Made by a program: the position numbers and the translations under genes. Below the pieces are notes generated by a model that saw only the letters and a list, made by a program, of their open reading frames with translations, did no database searches and had not been told where the DNA came from. DNA of 64,000 bases from Lama guanicoe (lineage: Eukaryota): NCBI GenBank assembly GCA_013239625.1, contig MU053379.1:3640866-3704865 (forward strand). Reading direction: 5' to 3'. Below, piece by piece: positions 1 through 10,979 of the stretch. Position 1 is the stretch's first letter, and every line of letters starts with the position of its first letter.

Positions 1-111
1 ATTAGGTTTTATTTATTTAGAATTTTTTCTTTTTAGCAGAGGGACTGGGAATTGAACCCACGACCTCGTGCAAGCTAAGCACACGTCCTACCACTGAGCT
101 GTGTCGGCCCC
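1..111 (-). mobile_element. tRNA-derived SINE, Vic-1-like (camelid)
   Basis: The reverse complement reads GGGGCCGACACAGCTCAGTGGTAGGACGTGTGCTTAGCTTGCACGAGGTCGTGGGTTCAATTCCCAG, with Pol III A box AGCTCAGTGG and B box GGTTCAATTCC, followed by an A-rich TAAATAAATAAAACCTAAT tail. Confidence 0.85.
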
Positions 112-787
112 TCAGTAACCTGTTTCTGCTCGCCTGATAGATTTGCCCTAAACCCTGGCGGTTGGTGCACATTTACGGCCAGCATGAGAAAAAAATCATG
201 CATGAGAGAAAAATCATGCATGAGAAGAAAGCCGTGCACTACTGGTGCCAAGTGACGAGCCACTCTGGACCTGCTCCGTGACTAATGATGCCGGGCGGGG
301 ATTTTCCTTCCTTTCCTGTTTCCTCTTTTTCCTGTAAACTCTCCAGCCAGATGCCTTGACCAGCCCCAGCCCCTCACACCTCCTTGGGAAGTTTGTGGCC
401 CCTGCTTGCTTTTCCCTTTGAACAGTCTTCCCTGTTACCTTTTGCATCAATGTGAAAGCTGGGAGAATCGGATGGAGCCCACCTGCACACGCAGCGCCGC
501 GATGCTGCTGTGAGCACTTCCGCTTTCTCACGCGCTGCCTGGTGCCTGCCTCTCCCGCCCGCCAGTCCTTTTTTCCCCTTGAAATGCACTCACAGTGCAT
601 CACAGACATTCTCCACTGCCTCCCCAGACACTTCAGCGTGCGTATCCTTGAGATTTCAAAAATATTTATTTTTGGTTTCTTTTCTGTAAAGTAAAAATGT
701 ACTTATGGTGAAATGCAGACTTCCTCTGTGTACCTTTCGTAAAGTTTTCTTTCCATTTGCCTTTGTCCACATTCAAATATCCTCTCG

Positions 788-1172
788 TACTAAGTGAAAT
801 TGGTCAGACAGAGAAAGACAGATCATATGACATCACTTACTTGTGGAACCTAAAAAAAGTGGTACAAATGAACTTGTTTACAAAACAGAAGGAGACTCAC
901 AGACATAGAAAACAAACTTACAGTTACTGGGAGAAAGGGGATGGGAGGGACAAGTAAAGAGTTCGGGATTAACATATACACAGTACTTTATATAAATAGA
1001 CAAACAACAAGTCCCACTGCCCAGCACAGGGAACTGTAACACCTTGTAATAGTCTATAATGAAAAAGAATATGAAAAGGAATATATGTATACAAGTAAAT
1101 GCATAACTGAGTCACTCTGCTGTGCACCCGGAGCTGACGCAGCGCTGTAAATCAACTGAACTTCAATAAAAC
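788..1172 (+). mobile_element. L1 3' end fragment (cetartiodactyl-type 3' UTR)
   Basis: Typical TACTAAGTGAAAT..CAGACAGAGAAAGACA..GCACAGGGAAC..AATCAACT..CTTCAATAAAA. Confidence 0.9.
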
Positions 1173-2176
1173 AATCAGACCGCCATGCCTTCAACCCCGC
1201 AAGATCTCCTTCTGCTACTGCCCCGTATCTCTCACCCTCATCTTCACCCAGGCTCCGAATGCCCCCCCCACCTGCTTGCCCCCTTCTGGCTCCTTCCCCA
1301 CCCCTCCTGCTGTCTTCACGGACGCTGCCAACAACCTCCGATCCCCAAACCCAAAGGGTGTTTCCAGCGGTGACGTCCTCACACCCTCCGTGGCCGTGGA
1401 CACTGGCCTCTCCTCCCCTTGGCACACTGTCCTCTTGACCCTCAGGGGCTCGACTGCCGTGGTGACCCCCCGCCCTCTGCTGCCCGTTCTTTCTCTGCTG
1501 TGAGGTCACGTTCACCACCTTCTCCGCAATTAAGCACAAGATCTGCCTGGGGCTCCAGGCTGAGCCCCACTGTCCTCCCGCCTCTTCACCTCCCGAGATG
1601 CCCTCACCCACTCCCCTGGCTCCCGTGTCCACCTGCACAGGTGCGGCTCTCAGATCCAGGCTCCGGCTGGCGCCTTTCCTCCAGCGCTGGACCCGGTGCT
1701 CAGGTCAGCATCTCCTCTTGGTGGCGTGGAAGCCCCCGCGGTCTTCACATCCAAACCAAGCTCACAGTCTGTCCTCCTCACACGCACAGGGCCTCCTCAG
1801 GGGTCCCCAGCACACTGGGATGTTACCCAATGGCATTGCCTGTTAGAGCCACTCCATCCCCAGCTCTGTGATTTGCCTTCAGCAGCAACCATCTCTCGCC
1901 TTCTGCTTCTTGCCACTGCCGAGGTCAGGGCTCCTGCCGGTGCCCTCCCGCCGCCCCTCTCCACCAGGCAGCCACGCGCCTGGGCCTGGAGCTCCCCGGC
2001 CTGAGACCCCGGTGCTTTTCCACAGCTTTCTGTCGTCACAGGGTGGCAAGGACCCCTGCCCGCCTGTCCCGCCTGCCTCCCACCCCTCCACCCTCACTGG
2101 GCACCTTTAATGCCCCAGCACGCCTGCCCCTTCCCACCCACCGCTGGCCCCTCCCTGTGCCCGGCTCCCCTGTCAC

Positions 2177-2194
2177 NNNNNNNNNNNNNNNNNN
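2177..2194. other. Assembly gap (18 N)
   Basis: Run of N. Confidence 1.
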
Positions 2195-2309
2195 AACACA
2201 CCTTCGGACACTCTGTGTCTGTGAGGACCACTTGCCTCCTTTCAGATACTTAGACAGTCACACCTCTGCATGTCCGTGGGATTAACGTCCACCTCCTCCC
2301 ATTTCCTTT

Positions 2310-2310
2310 C

Positions 2311-2349
<39 letters not shown>

Positions 2350-2352
2350 TTT
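2310..2352. repeat. (TTTA)n microsatellite
   Basis: Perfect tetranucleotide run. Confidence 0.95.
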
Positions 2353-2639
2353 TTGCTTTTGTTTTGTCTTCAGGGCCCAGTGCAGTGTCTGGCACATATT
2401 AGATGCACAGCAGTGTCTGTGGACCGAATACGCGCACGCTCATGCTTTCGGTTACTCCTTGGCTTCTAGGGTGGAAGGCACTTAGTGTGACCCCAGGCAT
2501 CGAAGTTGGAGAAGTAGCATGACGGCTGCCAGTTCAGACTAAAGAGAACGTTCTGATAAATCTGGGAACCTAGTTCCTCGGGTAGGAAGCAAAGGCTCAC
2601 TCATGTCCCCTCAATTTTGGTTTTGTTTTGAATTTGGAC

Positions 2640-4080
2640 TTGGTGGCCGTGCACCCCGTGGCTCACGGCTGGCAGACGGCCGCCTCCACCCGGGCGCCGC
2701 TGGCGAGTCCGGCCCTCCTCCTAGTGGTGGGACCTTCGCGGGGAGGCGGATTAGTGCGCTTCACACGGCCGCCTTCGTCGCAGATGTTTCGAGAAACGCT
2801 TTGCTATTATTACTGTTCCTGGTGTGGTGTCTGCAACTGTATGCACACGCGGAGTCTCTTTATTAAAGCAAATAAAACCATAATTAGGTGCAGCCCAATT
2901 CAAACAGTGGCAGCAGCCTGGAGCAGGAAGCCATAATTCAAGAACGAGGGGGTTCTCGGCAAGTGGCACGGCGCCTGCCCGGTAACTGGCTGTGTGCGGG
3001 GTGCTGTGAGCCGCCCCGGAGAGCTCTGACCTGCGTCCCTGAAGCCTGGCAGGGAGGGCGGACAGGGGAGGGAGGAGGCAGACCACCAGGGTCACGCCGG
3101 CAGCTGCCTGAGGCCAAGCCCTTGAAGAAACCCGGGGGACAAGGCCGAAGCGGAAAGAAGTGTCCCCGCGCGCACGGCCGGGGGACGAGGCCGAAGCGGA
3201 AAGAAGTGTCCCCGCGCGCACGGCCGGGGGACGCGCAGTCCCGAAGGCTTTGGGAATCACACGGAAGCTGGGAGTTCAGAGAAAATCCAAAGGAGGCTGT
3301 TCCCTGCGCTCAAACTGTGGTTTCCGCGAGACGAGAAGGATGAAGCCAGAGATCAGATCAGCAATTCGAGGGCAAGCAGACAAAGACCACGGGTGGAGCC
3401 TCGACCGCGGAGGCTTCGAAGGGCTGCGCTCCCGACGGCCGGCGGCTGCGCTGTGAGGTCGGCACGTCGCCGAGTGGATGGCGGCCGCTTTAAGTGAAAT
3501 TAATGCCCGGAGCGCGTAGAGCGTCCTTCATTATTCTCCGTGATGCGGAGACGCGTTGGAGACCCTTCCCGGCCTCTCAGTGACACTCTTCACGCAAAAT
3601 TTATCTCTTTTATGGGTTTGAAGCTCTTTCAGATACATATCAAAGACCTTCCATGCCTCCACCACGCGTAATGCATTCTGCAGCCGCTGGCAATAAATCA
3701 TCTTCCTTCCCGGCCGTCCGCGGGAGCAAGCACGGCGCTGCCCGGGGCGGAAGGGGCGCCTGGCGCTCGCGTTCGCACGCTGCCTGCTGCGCCGTGGCGC
3801 CGCGCTCCTCACCCCGCTAGGGCCCCGCAGAGCGGCGAGGCGTGGGGAGCACCCCAGTCACTCTTCTGCTTCCGAAGCCACTGTCCGTGTCGCTGGAGCA
3901 GGAGATGTAGTGGACCGACCGCGGCTGCCTCTGAGCCGAGGGCCGAAGGCCTCTGTTGCCGCCTGTTGACAGAGAAACCAAATGAGACACGAGGGGCCTC
4001 GGGGCCGGGAGGGGCGCCAGCATCCTCCTGGCTGCCACGCGGGGCAGTGCCCAGCCTGTGGCTCCGGGAGCTTCCGTCAC
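2640..4080. promoter_or_regulatory. CpG island with embedded AT-rich enhancer-like blocks
   Basis: Dense CpG; TF-motif cluster at 3490-3800. Confidence 0.6.
3135..3232. repeat. 46-bp tandem duplication
   Basis: GGGGAC(A/G)AGGCCGAAGCGGAAAGAAGTGTCCCCGCGCGCACGGCCG starts at 3135 and at 3181. Confidence 0.95.
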
Positions 4081-4261
4081 TCAGGTGACTGGTGCCGAAT
4101 CAAAGGCACTGGGCTTTGCAGAGCTTGTGGGTCCATGGGGCTCTGTGTGTGGTGTCGATCACAAAGCAGCAGGACAGGTACTTTCTAAAAAAAGGAAACA
4201 GAATTTTGCTCCCTGTGGTGTCATTTCCAAAGGCCAACCTGTGTTGGAGGAAAGGCGCCCT

Positions 4262-4640
4262 GTAGGGGAGATGGCTGGGTGTCTCCATGCCCATCTGCCT
4301 TCCTCTTCTTCCACAGGAGCAGAGCCCAGATTTACAGCTGGACAAATGATAGCGCAGGTGACCGCTCCCAGTCTCCTCTGCAGCTGGATGTGGCCCTGGG
4401 ACCAAGGTCTGGCTTTTTGGGATGTGGAAGTCAGAGTGTCTGACGGCAGGTCTGAGAACTCCCTTACATGGCAGTTAGTGTGTGCTCTTTGCCTCTTTAT
4501 CCTCCTTTCTGGCTGAGATACTGGATGTACTGGCTGGAGCTGGAGCAGCCGCCTTGGGCCATGTGGTAGAGTGGAGGTTGTACACAAAGAAGCTACAAAA
4601 TAAGAGGCAATGAGTTCTTGAGGCTTCATGGTGTAGAGAC
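4262..4640 (+). mobile_element. MaLR (MLT1-type) LTR fragment
   Basis: CCCAGTCTCCTCTGCAGCTGGATGTGGCC..GACCAAGGTCTGGC..GCAGCCGCCTTGGGCCATG motifs. Confidence 0.65.
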
Positions 4641-5879
4641 GCTTAATAAATGGGTCAGGATGGCCTGACTGTGGACCACAGTGGGTGAGAGTTATAGACT
4701 CCAATCCTGGTGACCGATCTTATAGTTCAGACAGAGGCTCAGCTGTACCCTAGTTGGCGGAAAAGAGAACTTTCTCTTTCCTCCTCCTTTCTCCCTGGTG
4801 CGGGTCCCCGGTGAGCCACCTGGGCCACAGGACACCCACATGGATTCCCTAACTCAGCCTCCCTGGTGCTAACGGGAGTACTACAGGACGCATCCGGGAA
4901 GGGGTGAGGAGGTGAGGGTCGGATGCACAGGGGAAGAGCATTTGGACAGAAGGATGTCTTGTGCAAAGTCCCTGTGGTCCGAGAGACCGAGGGGAGTTAG
5001 AGGACCTGACGGAAGACCAGTGTGGCTGGAGGGCAGAGGGGTGTAGGGTTGGGCGTGGGGACAGGAAAAGACCCGGAATCGGCTCTTCCCGGTGTTTCAT
5101 CCTAATAAGAGCAGATTGGGAAACTTTAAGCAGTGGGGCACTGTGGTAAGATCTGTGGTTTGATCAGGCTGTGACAGTGGCCCCAGAGAGAGACGACAGT
5201 GGCATGGATGGGAGGGGGTGGTGGTGCAGAAGGAGGGAAGTGGGTGCATCCAGAAACCACGCAGGAGGCAAAGCACCTACTGTGCGCCAGGCGCCGCTCT
5301 AACGAAAGCTCAGCGAGCAGAGCTGGCGTTGGGAGGCGTGGGAGGGGGCCTTGAACTCAGCCACTGGAGGCACTTTGCACGATGTCAATCTGTTCCGCGG
5401 CTCAACATCTCCAAACGCCATCAGCCCCTTCAAGACCTGCTGCTGCGTGTAACTAGGGTTCACAGCTGACACGAAACCCTTCCAGATGCTGTTAAACCCA
5501 TGGCTGCATTCCTGGCCTGTATCTCAGGGAGGCTGGGGAACAGCTCCAGGTCACCAGGCAGCGATGCTCGGGGGACAGTGACGCAGTCTGCTTTCTCATC
5601 TGCCAGAAGTGTTACCAGCCTTTTTAATAATGTCTGAGTCCTTTTAGTTTAGTTTGTTTTACTCTCTCCAGAGGCTCAAAGGTAAGGTGTGTATTTACTC
5701 GATGCCAGCAGCTTAAAAGTGAGGACTTCATAGAAATTAAAGTCCATCTGTCCGGGTTGGTAGAACCAGCAGCCTCCGCTTGTCAGGATTTAGTGAGCGC
5801 TGAGAACTCCGCTGAGTCCTGACAGGCCACTGATGTGCACTGAACACATGGCCACCTTGCCTCTCACCCCCTCATTACG

Positions 5880-6030
5880 GTCTTATTTAATCGAGGGAAG
5901 AACTATTATTATTCCCATTTAGTAGATGAGGAAACTGAGGCTCAGAAAGATTAGGCAAAGCTTCCTAAGTTATACAGCTAGAAAAACAACAGAGGCAACA
6001 TTTGAAACACTGTCCGTTTGCTTCCATAAG
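5880..6030 (-). mobile_element. MIR SINE
   Basis: ATTATTCCCATTTAGTAGATGAGGAAACTGAGGCTCAGAAAG core. Confidence 0.8.
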
Positions 6031-6124
6031 CAGTGACCTCTGTTGCCTTCTTTTAATCTCCTAGAGGCTAAAGGCTTCCAGTTGGATAGTTTTTAGAACT
6101 TCCAGAGAGGAAAGAACATGCTTA

Positions 6125-6770
6125 ATACCCAGCAGCCCCGCCCCTGGGCGTGCATCTGGGAAAGACGAAAACTCTGATTCAAAAAGACACCTGCACCCCA
6201 GCATTCACAGCAGCACCGTTCACAATAGCCGAGACACGGAAGCAGCCTACATGTCCACCGACAGATGCCTGGGTAAAGAAGATGTGGTATATGTACACAA
6301 TGGAATACTACTCAGCCATAAAAAAGAATAAAATAATGCCATTTGCAGCAACATGGATGGACCTAGAGATCATCATACTCAGTGAAGTAAGTCAGAGAAA
6401 AACAAATACATGTCATTTATATGTGGAATCTAAAAAATTTGATACCAAGCAATGAACTTATTTACAAACCAGAAATAGACTCACAGACATAAAGAACAAA
6501 CTGTGGATACCAAAGGGGAAAGGGGTCGGGGGGAGGGATAAATTAGGAGTTTGGGATTAACATACATGCTATTATATATAAAATGGATGAACTACAAGGA
6601 CCTACTGCACAGTGCAGGGACCTATATTCAATATCTTGTACCAGCCTATCATGGAAAAGAATCTGAAAAAGAATAAATATATGTATATGTATATTTATAA
6701 CTTTATGGTACACATGAAGCTAACACCGCATTGTCAATCAACTGTACTTCAATAAAAATAGTCTAATAAA
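6125..6770 (+). mobile_element. L1 3' end (ORF2 C-terminus plus 3' UTR)
   Basis: ORF 6150-6455 contains KKMWYMYTMEYYSAIKKNKIMPFAATWMDLEIIILSEVSQ, the L1 ORF2 C-terminus; ends CTTCAATAAAAA. Confidence 0.95.
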
Positions 6771-6899
6771 AGTGGACTTGACTTTATTTTATCAACTACA
6801 GATTATCTTCTTAATAGGTGACGTGTATTAGACATCAACAAACAGAAACACATCATTGGGACAATTACTGAACAGTGTCTCATAAATAATAAAATAAAG

Positions 6900-7500
6900 T
6901 GTACTTTTAACCAGCTTTAGGGAGGAACAGTTCATACACAATAAAATCCATGGGATTTGGGGCAAGCTTGATTAGTCTGGCAGGTGTAGACAGTCAGGTG
7001 CCCACCCTCACAGACATTTCCGTCTCCACCAGAGCCGCCCTTCCCGGCACCTCGGGCCCCAGGGAACCACTGGTCTGCTTTCTGTCACTGCTGCTTTGCC
7101 TTCCCTGGGATTTCAGATACACATGGAATCATGTAATATTTAGGGCTTTTTCACAGCGTGTGTCTGGCTTCTTTCACTTGGCAAAAAGCTCTCACGATGC
7201 ATCCATCCTGCTGCGTGTGTCCGCAGTTCCTCTCTTTTTCTTACTAAATAGTGCTCCATTGTGCGGAGGTTCCTTGTTAATGGCCGTGTGGGTTGTTTCC
7301 AGCGTTTGGCTGTTGTGAATAAGCTGTTGTGGTCACTCCTGGGCACATCTGTGGTGAACGTAACGTTTCCTTTCCCCTGAGTGCATACCTAGGAGCGAGT
7401 CCAGTGGATCGTACGTACGGAAGGTACACGTTTAACTTTGCAAGAGACCGCCAAAGTGCTTCCCAGCGTGTCTGTACCACAGAACCCCGCCAGCAGCACG
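6900..7500 (-). mobile_element. Old L1M 3' fragment
   Basis: Minus frames give TAKRWKQP..TMEHY and WEALWRSLAKLNVYLPY. Confidence 0.8.
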
Positions 7501-8489
7501 CGCGTTCCAGCTGCGCCCTGAGTGGTGGCTGAGCATCCCTGGGCCCTGCTCGTTCCCCCGGGCCCTGGCTCTTCCGCTGTGAAAAGTGTGCACTTGCTGA
7601 AGGCCCCCACCTCCCATGACTCAGCGAGGAGTCTTTATGGCCCAGGCGCCACCTGCCACGTTCCCCCCGGGCTGGTGGTGCAGAGGTGCAGAGTTTGAGT
7701 TCCCTGGAAACCTTACTTGTTCTTTTCTAAAACTTTCTTTTCACCAGAAAAAGAATTCTAAGTAGATGTGGTTGAAACCTGGGCTTTCAAAATTCTGAGG
7801 CTTAAGATATGATTGTGTTTTATACAGTTTCTTAGAAGTTTCCCCTGCATGACCCACTGGGCTGTAGCCAGGCTATCGGTGGTTCCAGTGATTCTTTATT
7901 TCACCTTGGCGTGTCTTTTATCAGAAATCATATGGAAACTTTTAATTTATGGGCTTTTATTGCAATCCACAATTCACCCTGAGTAGGCTATTATTAAGTG
8001 TCCTCCAAGTTCTTATTGTGCCTTATCGGAGAATTGTATCTCAGTGCAATTCATCTGGAGTCATTCTTCACAGAGAGACTCTTTCATATTACCTTTCTTT
8101 CATCAGACAACGACAACCCTTGAATACATCATTATTCCACAATGAGCTTATGAATTATTATCATTAGGCAATTTTTTATGTAATCTGATGTTATAAACTG
8201 TTCCTTTGTATGACCGTTAGGGGAGACAGTAAATGTATCTGTCTGTTTTGATCCGCCATGAAAACAGTAATAGAAAAACCCAGTACGAACATCACATTGA
8301 GCCACAGACACACCGGATCTGCCGTGAGCTCGCCTGGGACGCTCACACACGCGTAGCCAAGCACCCGGCCCCGCTCTAATGAGCCACAGGTGCCACCTGC
8401 AGTGCTGACTTAATCGGTCACGTTGAGTTATCAGAGTGTCTTAAGCAGGATTTTTTCTTCTTCACAGCAGTGAGTTTTACAAAAGGAAA

Positions 8490-8665
8490 AATAAGGGGGG
8501 AAGAGGGCAGTGGAGGGATAAATTGGGAGTTTGGGATCAGCAGACACACACTACTATGTATAAAACAGGTAAGCAACAAGGACCTGCTGTAGAGCACAGG
8601 GAACTGTGTTCAGTACCTTGTCATAGCCTAGAATGGAAAAGAATATGAAAAGGAATATATATCTA
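8490..8665 (+). mobile_element. L1 3' UTR fragment
   Basis: GGAGGGATAAATTGGGAGTTTGGGAT..AGCACAGGGAACT..GAAAAGGAATATAT. Confidence 0.85.
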
Positions 8666-8915
8666 TTAAAAGGCAAAGGTGTATTAAAAGGCAAACCAAA
8701 TATTTTTTAAATGGAGCAAAAAGCCAAAGTGGATTATTTAGAATATCCGATTCAGGGTGTGACCTGGCAACCCAAAGAAGAGCGACCCCCTGCTGCGCTC
8801 CAAACTCGGGGTCACTGCCCCCCTCACCCTCCTTACCTGTTCTGAGGGGACACAGAGTTTTCTTTCTGGTCATAGAGAAGTGAGAAGGAACATTTTCTGC
8901 ATGTGGCTTTTAGAC

Positions 8916-9133
8916 CAGCATTGTCCTGTGACTGTGGCGGTGGGGATGTTTTCTCATCTGCCCTGTCCACTGTGGCACCCACCAGCCACTAGCCACGTGT
9001 GTGGCATTGAGCATGTGAAACGTGGCTAGTGCAACTGAAGAACTGAATTTTAAATTTCATTTAATTCCAATTAATTGAAATTTAAGCTGAAATAACGTTG
9101 TGGGGCTGGCGGCTACAGAACTGGACAGTGCGG
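8916..9133. mobile_element. MER3-like hAT-Charlie MITE
   Basis: TIRs CAGCATTGTCC / GGACAGTGCGG; 8-bp TSD TTTTAGAC (8908-8915) / TTTTAGAT (9134-9141); internal AGCCACTAGCCAC..GTGGCTAGTGCAACTGAAGAACTGAATTTT. Confidence 0.85.
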
Positions 9134-9339
9134 TTTTAGATTGTCCACAGTTTGTGGTATTCATAGTCTGCATGACTGCTTGTTTCCATTAGAATGGGTA
9201 ATTGAGAACGGACTTATTATTTTCCAACCTGGGTGATGCTCCAGCTGAGTGGGACATGTAACGTCCCTGAAGTAACGTCCTGCAGCTACAGACCTCTGGC
9301 CGTGGCGAGGCGAGGCTCTCACACTTTCCCTGGGTTGGC

Positions 9340-9500
9340 TCATCTCCTCCTCCCAACAGTTACAAAAGAGGTACCGCTTTTACCCTCATTTCACAGTTAA
9401 GGGAATGGAGGAAGCACAGAGAGGTTGAGTGACTCACCCAGGGCCACACAGCTTAGCAGCTGCCTGGTTCCAGAGTCCCTCTTTACCAGTCTACCAAACT
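9340..9500 (-). mobile_element. MIR SINE
   Basis: CCCTCATTTCACAG..GAGAGGTTGAGTGACTCACCCAGGGCCACACAGC. Confidence 0.75.
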
Positions 9501-9834
9501 GTGCCCTGGGTCTGACTCTCAACTCGTTCGTGACGGTCGTTGGAATGAGGTTAAGATGGGATATGCTATGATGATGCTTATCTTGGTGAGAGATTGGACT
9601 GGATTAATTCTGACACCTGTCGTATCTCCAAATTTCTATGATTGTAAAGATTAAGACAGTTTAATGGAATTTTAATTTCCTTACAGGTAAGACCCACTTT
9701 TTTTTTATGATTAACTATAACTCAATAAAAATTTTTTTTTTTTAAAAGAAGACCCGCTTTTTAAGGGAACCTAGTTTAACATTCCATCTCCCGCTTCGGA
9801 GGCTTTGGGGATGACGGGCTATTTTCCTGTTTTC

Positions 9835-9950
9835 TTCCTTTTTTCACTGAAGTACAGTCAGTTACAGTGTGTCAGTTTCCGGGGCTCGGCGCAGTGCCGC
9901 AGTCACGCCTGCGCGTACACACGTGCATTTTCGCGGTTTGTTTTCTTGTT
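9835..9950 (-). mobile_element. L1 3' terminus, GC-shifted
   Basis: Poly-T followed by TGAAGTACAGTCAGTTACAGTGTGTCAG. Confidence 0.75.
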
Positions 9951-10450
9951 TTCTTGATCGGGCGCGCGGCACCGAGCTGACTGGTAGTCATGCGCGCAGC
10001 CGGGGGAAAAGGGCCCCCAGGAGGTCTGTTCTTCTCTCCTTTGACACCAAAGGGAGGACACCTGGGCTGCCACCGCGCACGGATTTACACAAACTGCATG
10101 TTGGAACTCAACCCAGGTTACTGAGAAGTCTAATGTCTTCTCCTTCTACCGTGTTATTGCTGGAATTCACTGTATGTTCTACCGAAAGACTAGAGGGCAA
10201 GTACCACGTACACAGACTGAAGGCAAATTACGAAGGCTCGTGGGAGATGGTACATCCGGTAACACACAGAGGATACGAACACAGACTAGATCCAGGACAT
10301 GCGACGGTTTTGTGGGGTCCCTACACTGCCAAGCTGCAGCCAGGCCTTCGGGGGGCCGTCTGAGTCTCCGCAGTTTCACAGTAGAATGGAAGGAGTGCCG
10401 GAACATCCAAGAAAACGGGTGTGTACATATTTTAAAGCTCGGTTAGGAAG

Positions 10451-10590
10451 TACAGTTGTCTGTCTGTTATCCACAGAGGACTGGGTCCAGGACCTCTGCG
10501 GGTACCAGAATCCTCGGATGCTCAAGTCCCTTATAAACAGTGGAGCAGTCAGCCCTCAGGGTGCTTTTCCATCCACAGGTGTGGAGCTGT
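10451..10590. mobile_element. MER2/Tigger-type DNA transposon fragment
   Basis: TACAGTTGTC..TATCCACAGAGGACTGGGTCCAGGACC..GGATGCTCAAGTCCCTTATAAA. Confidence 0.7.
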
Positions 10591-10979
10591 GGGTACCGAG
10601 CAACTGCTCTACCCATTCTTGGCTATGAAGACAGGCAGACCTTTCGAGATCAGCTAATTTAACCTTATTTGCTTCCTTTCTAACTCTATTCGTAGGAGTA
10701 TGTGTTCTTTTTGGCTTCTGAGCAGTCTGTGTGCACGTGTGTGTGGTGTCCTCTCTGTGCATGGTCCTTGTGTTTTATATTTCCTAATGTGATCTTTTGC
10801 CACACATCCATTTAAAAAATCTGAATTGACCAAATTATGACTGTTTTTCTTTGCATTCTTTTTAAATGGGAGAAAATCACATGAAAGTTGAATAACAAGT
10901 ATACATGACTGAGACCCAAGAAAACTGAGGAGCTCACCAAAGTGGCCGAGGCCCTCACCGTAAATCTGCATTTTGTTTT

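Larger units (their letters stand above)
1190..2430 (+). mobile_element. Degenerate LINE-2 fragments
   Basis: Pyrimidine-rich L2-like body plus an L2 3'-end motif (CAGTGTCTGGCACATATTAGATGC) near 2380-2410. Confidence 0.6.

Noticed and set aside
1..111. tRNA gene
   Set aside because: A and B boxes are present, but the acceptor stem is poor and a SINE-type A-rich tail follows; it is a SINE.
183..228. 18-bp tandem CATGAGAAAAAAATCATG repeat
   Set aside because: Ordinary slippage duplication; not a spacer array, and no CRISPR-like structure is present in the window.
9869..10363. 164-aa plus ORF
   Set aside because: It starts inside an L1 tail and has no recognisable homology or splice context.
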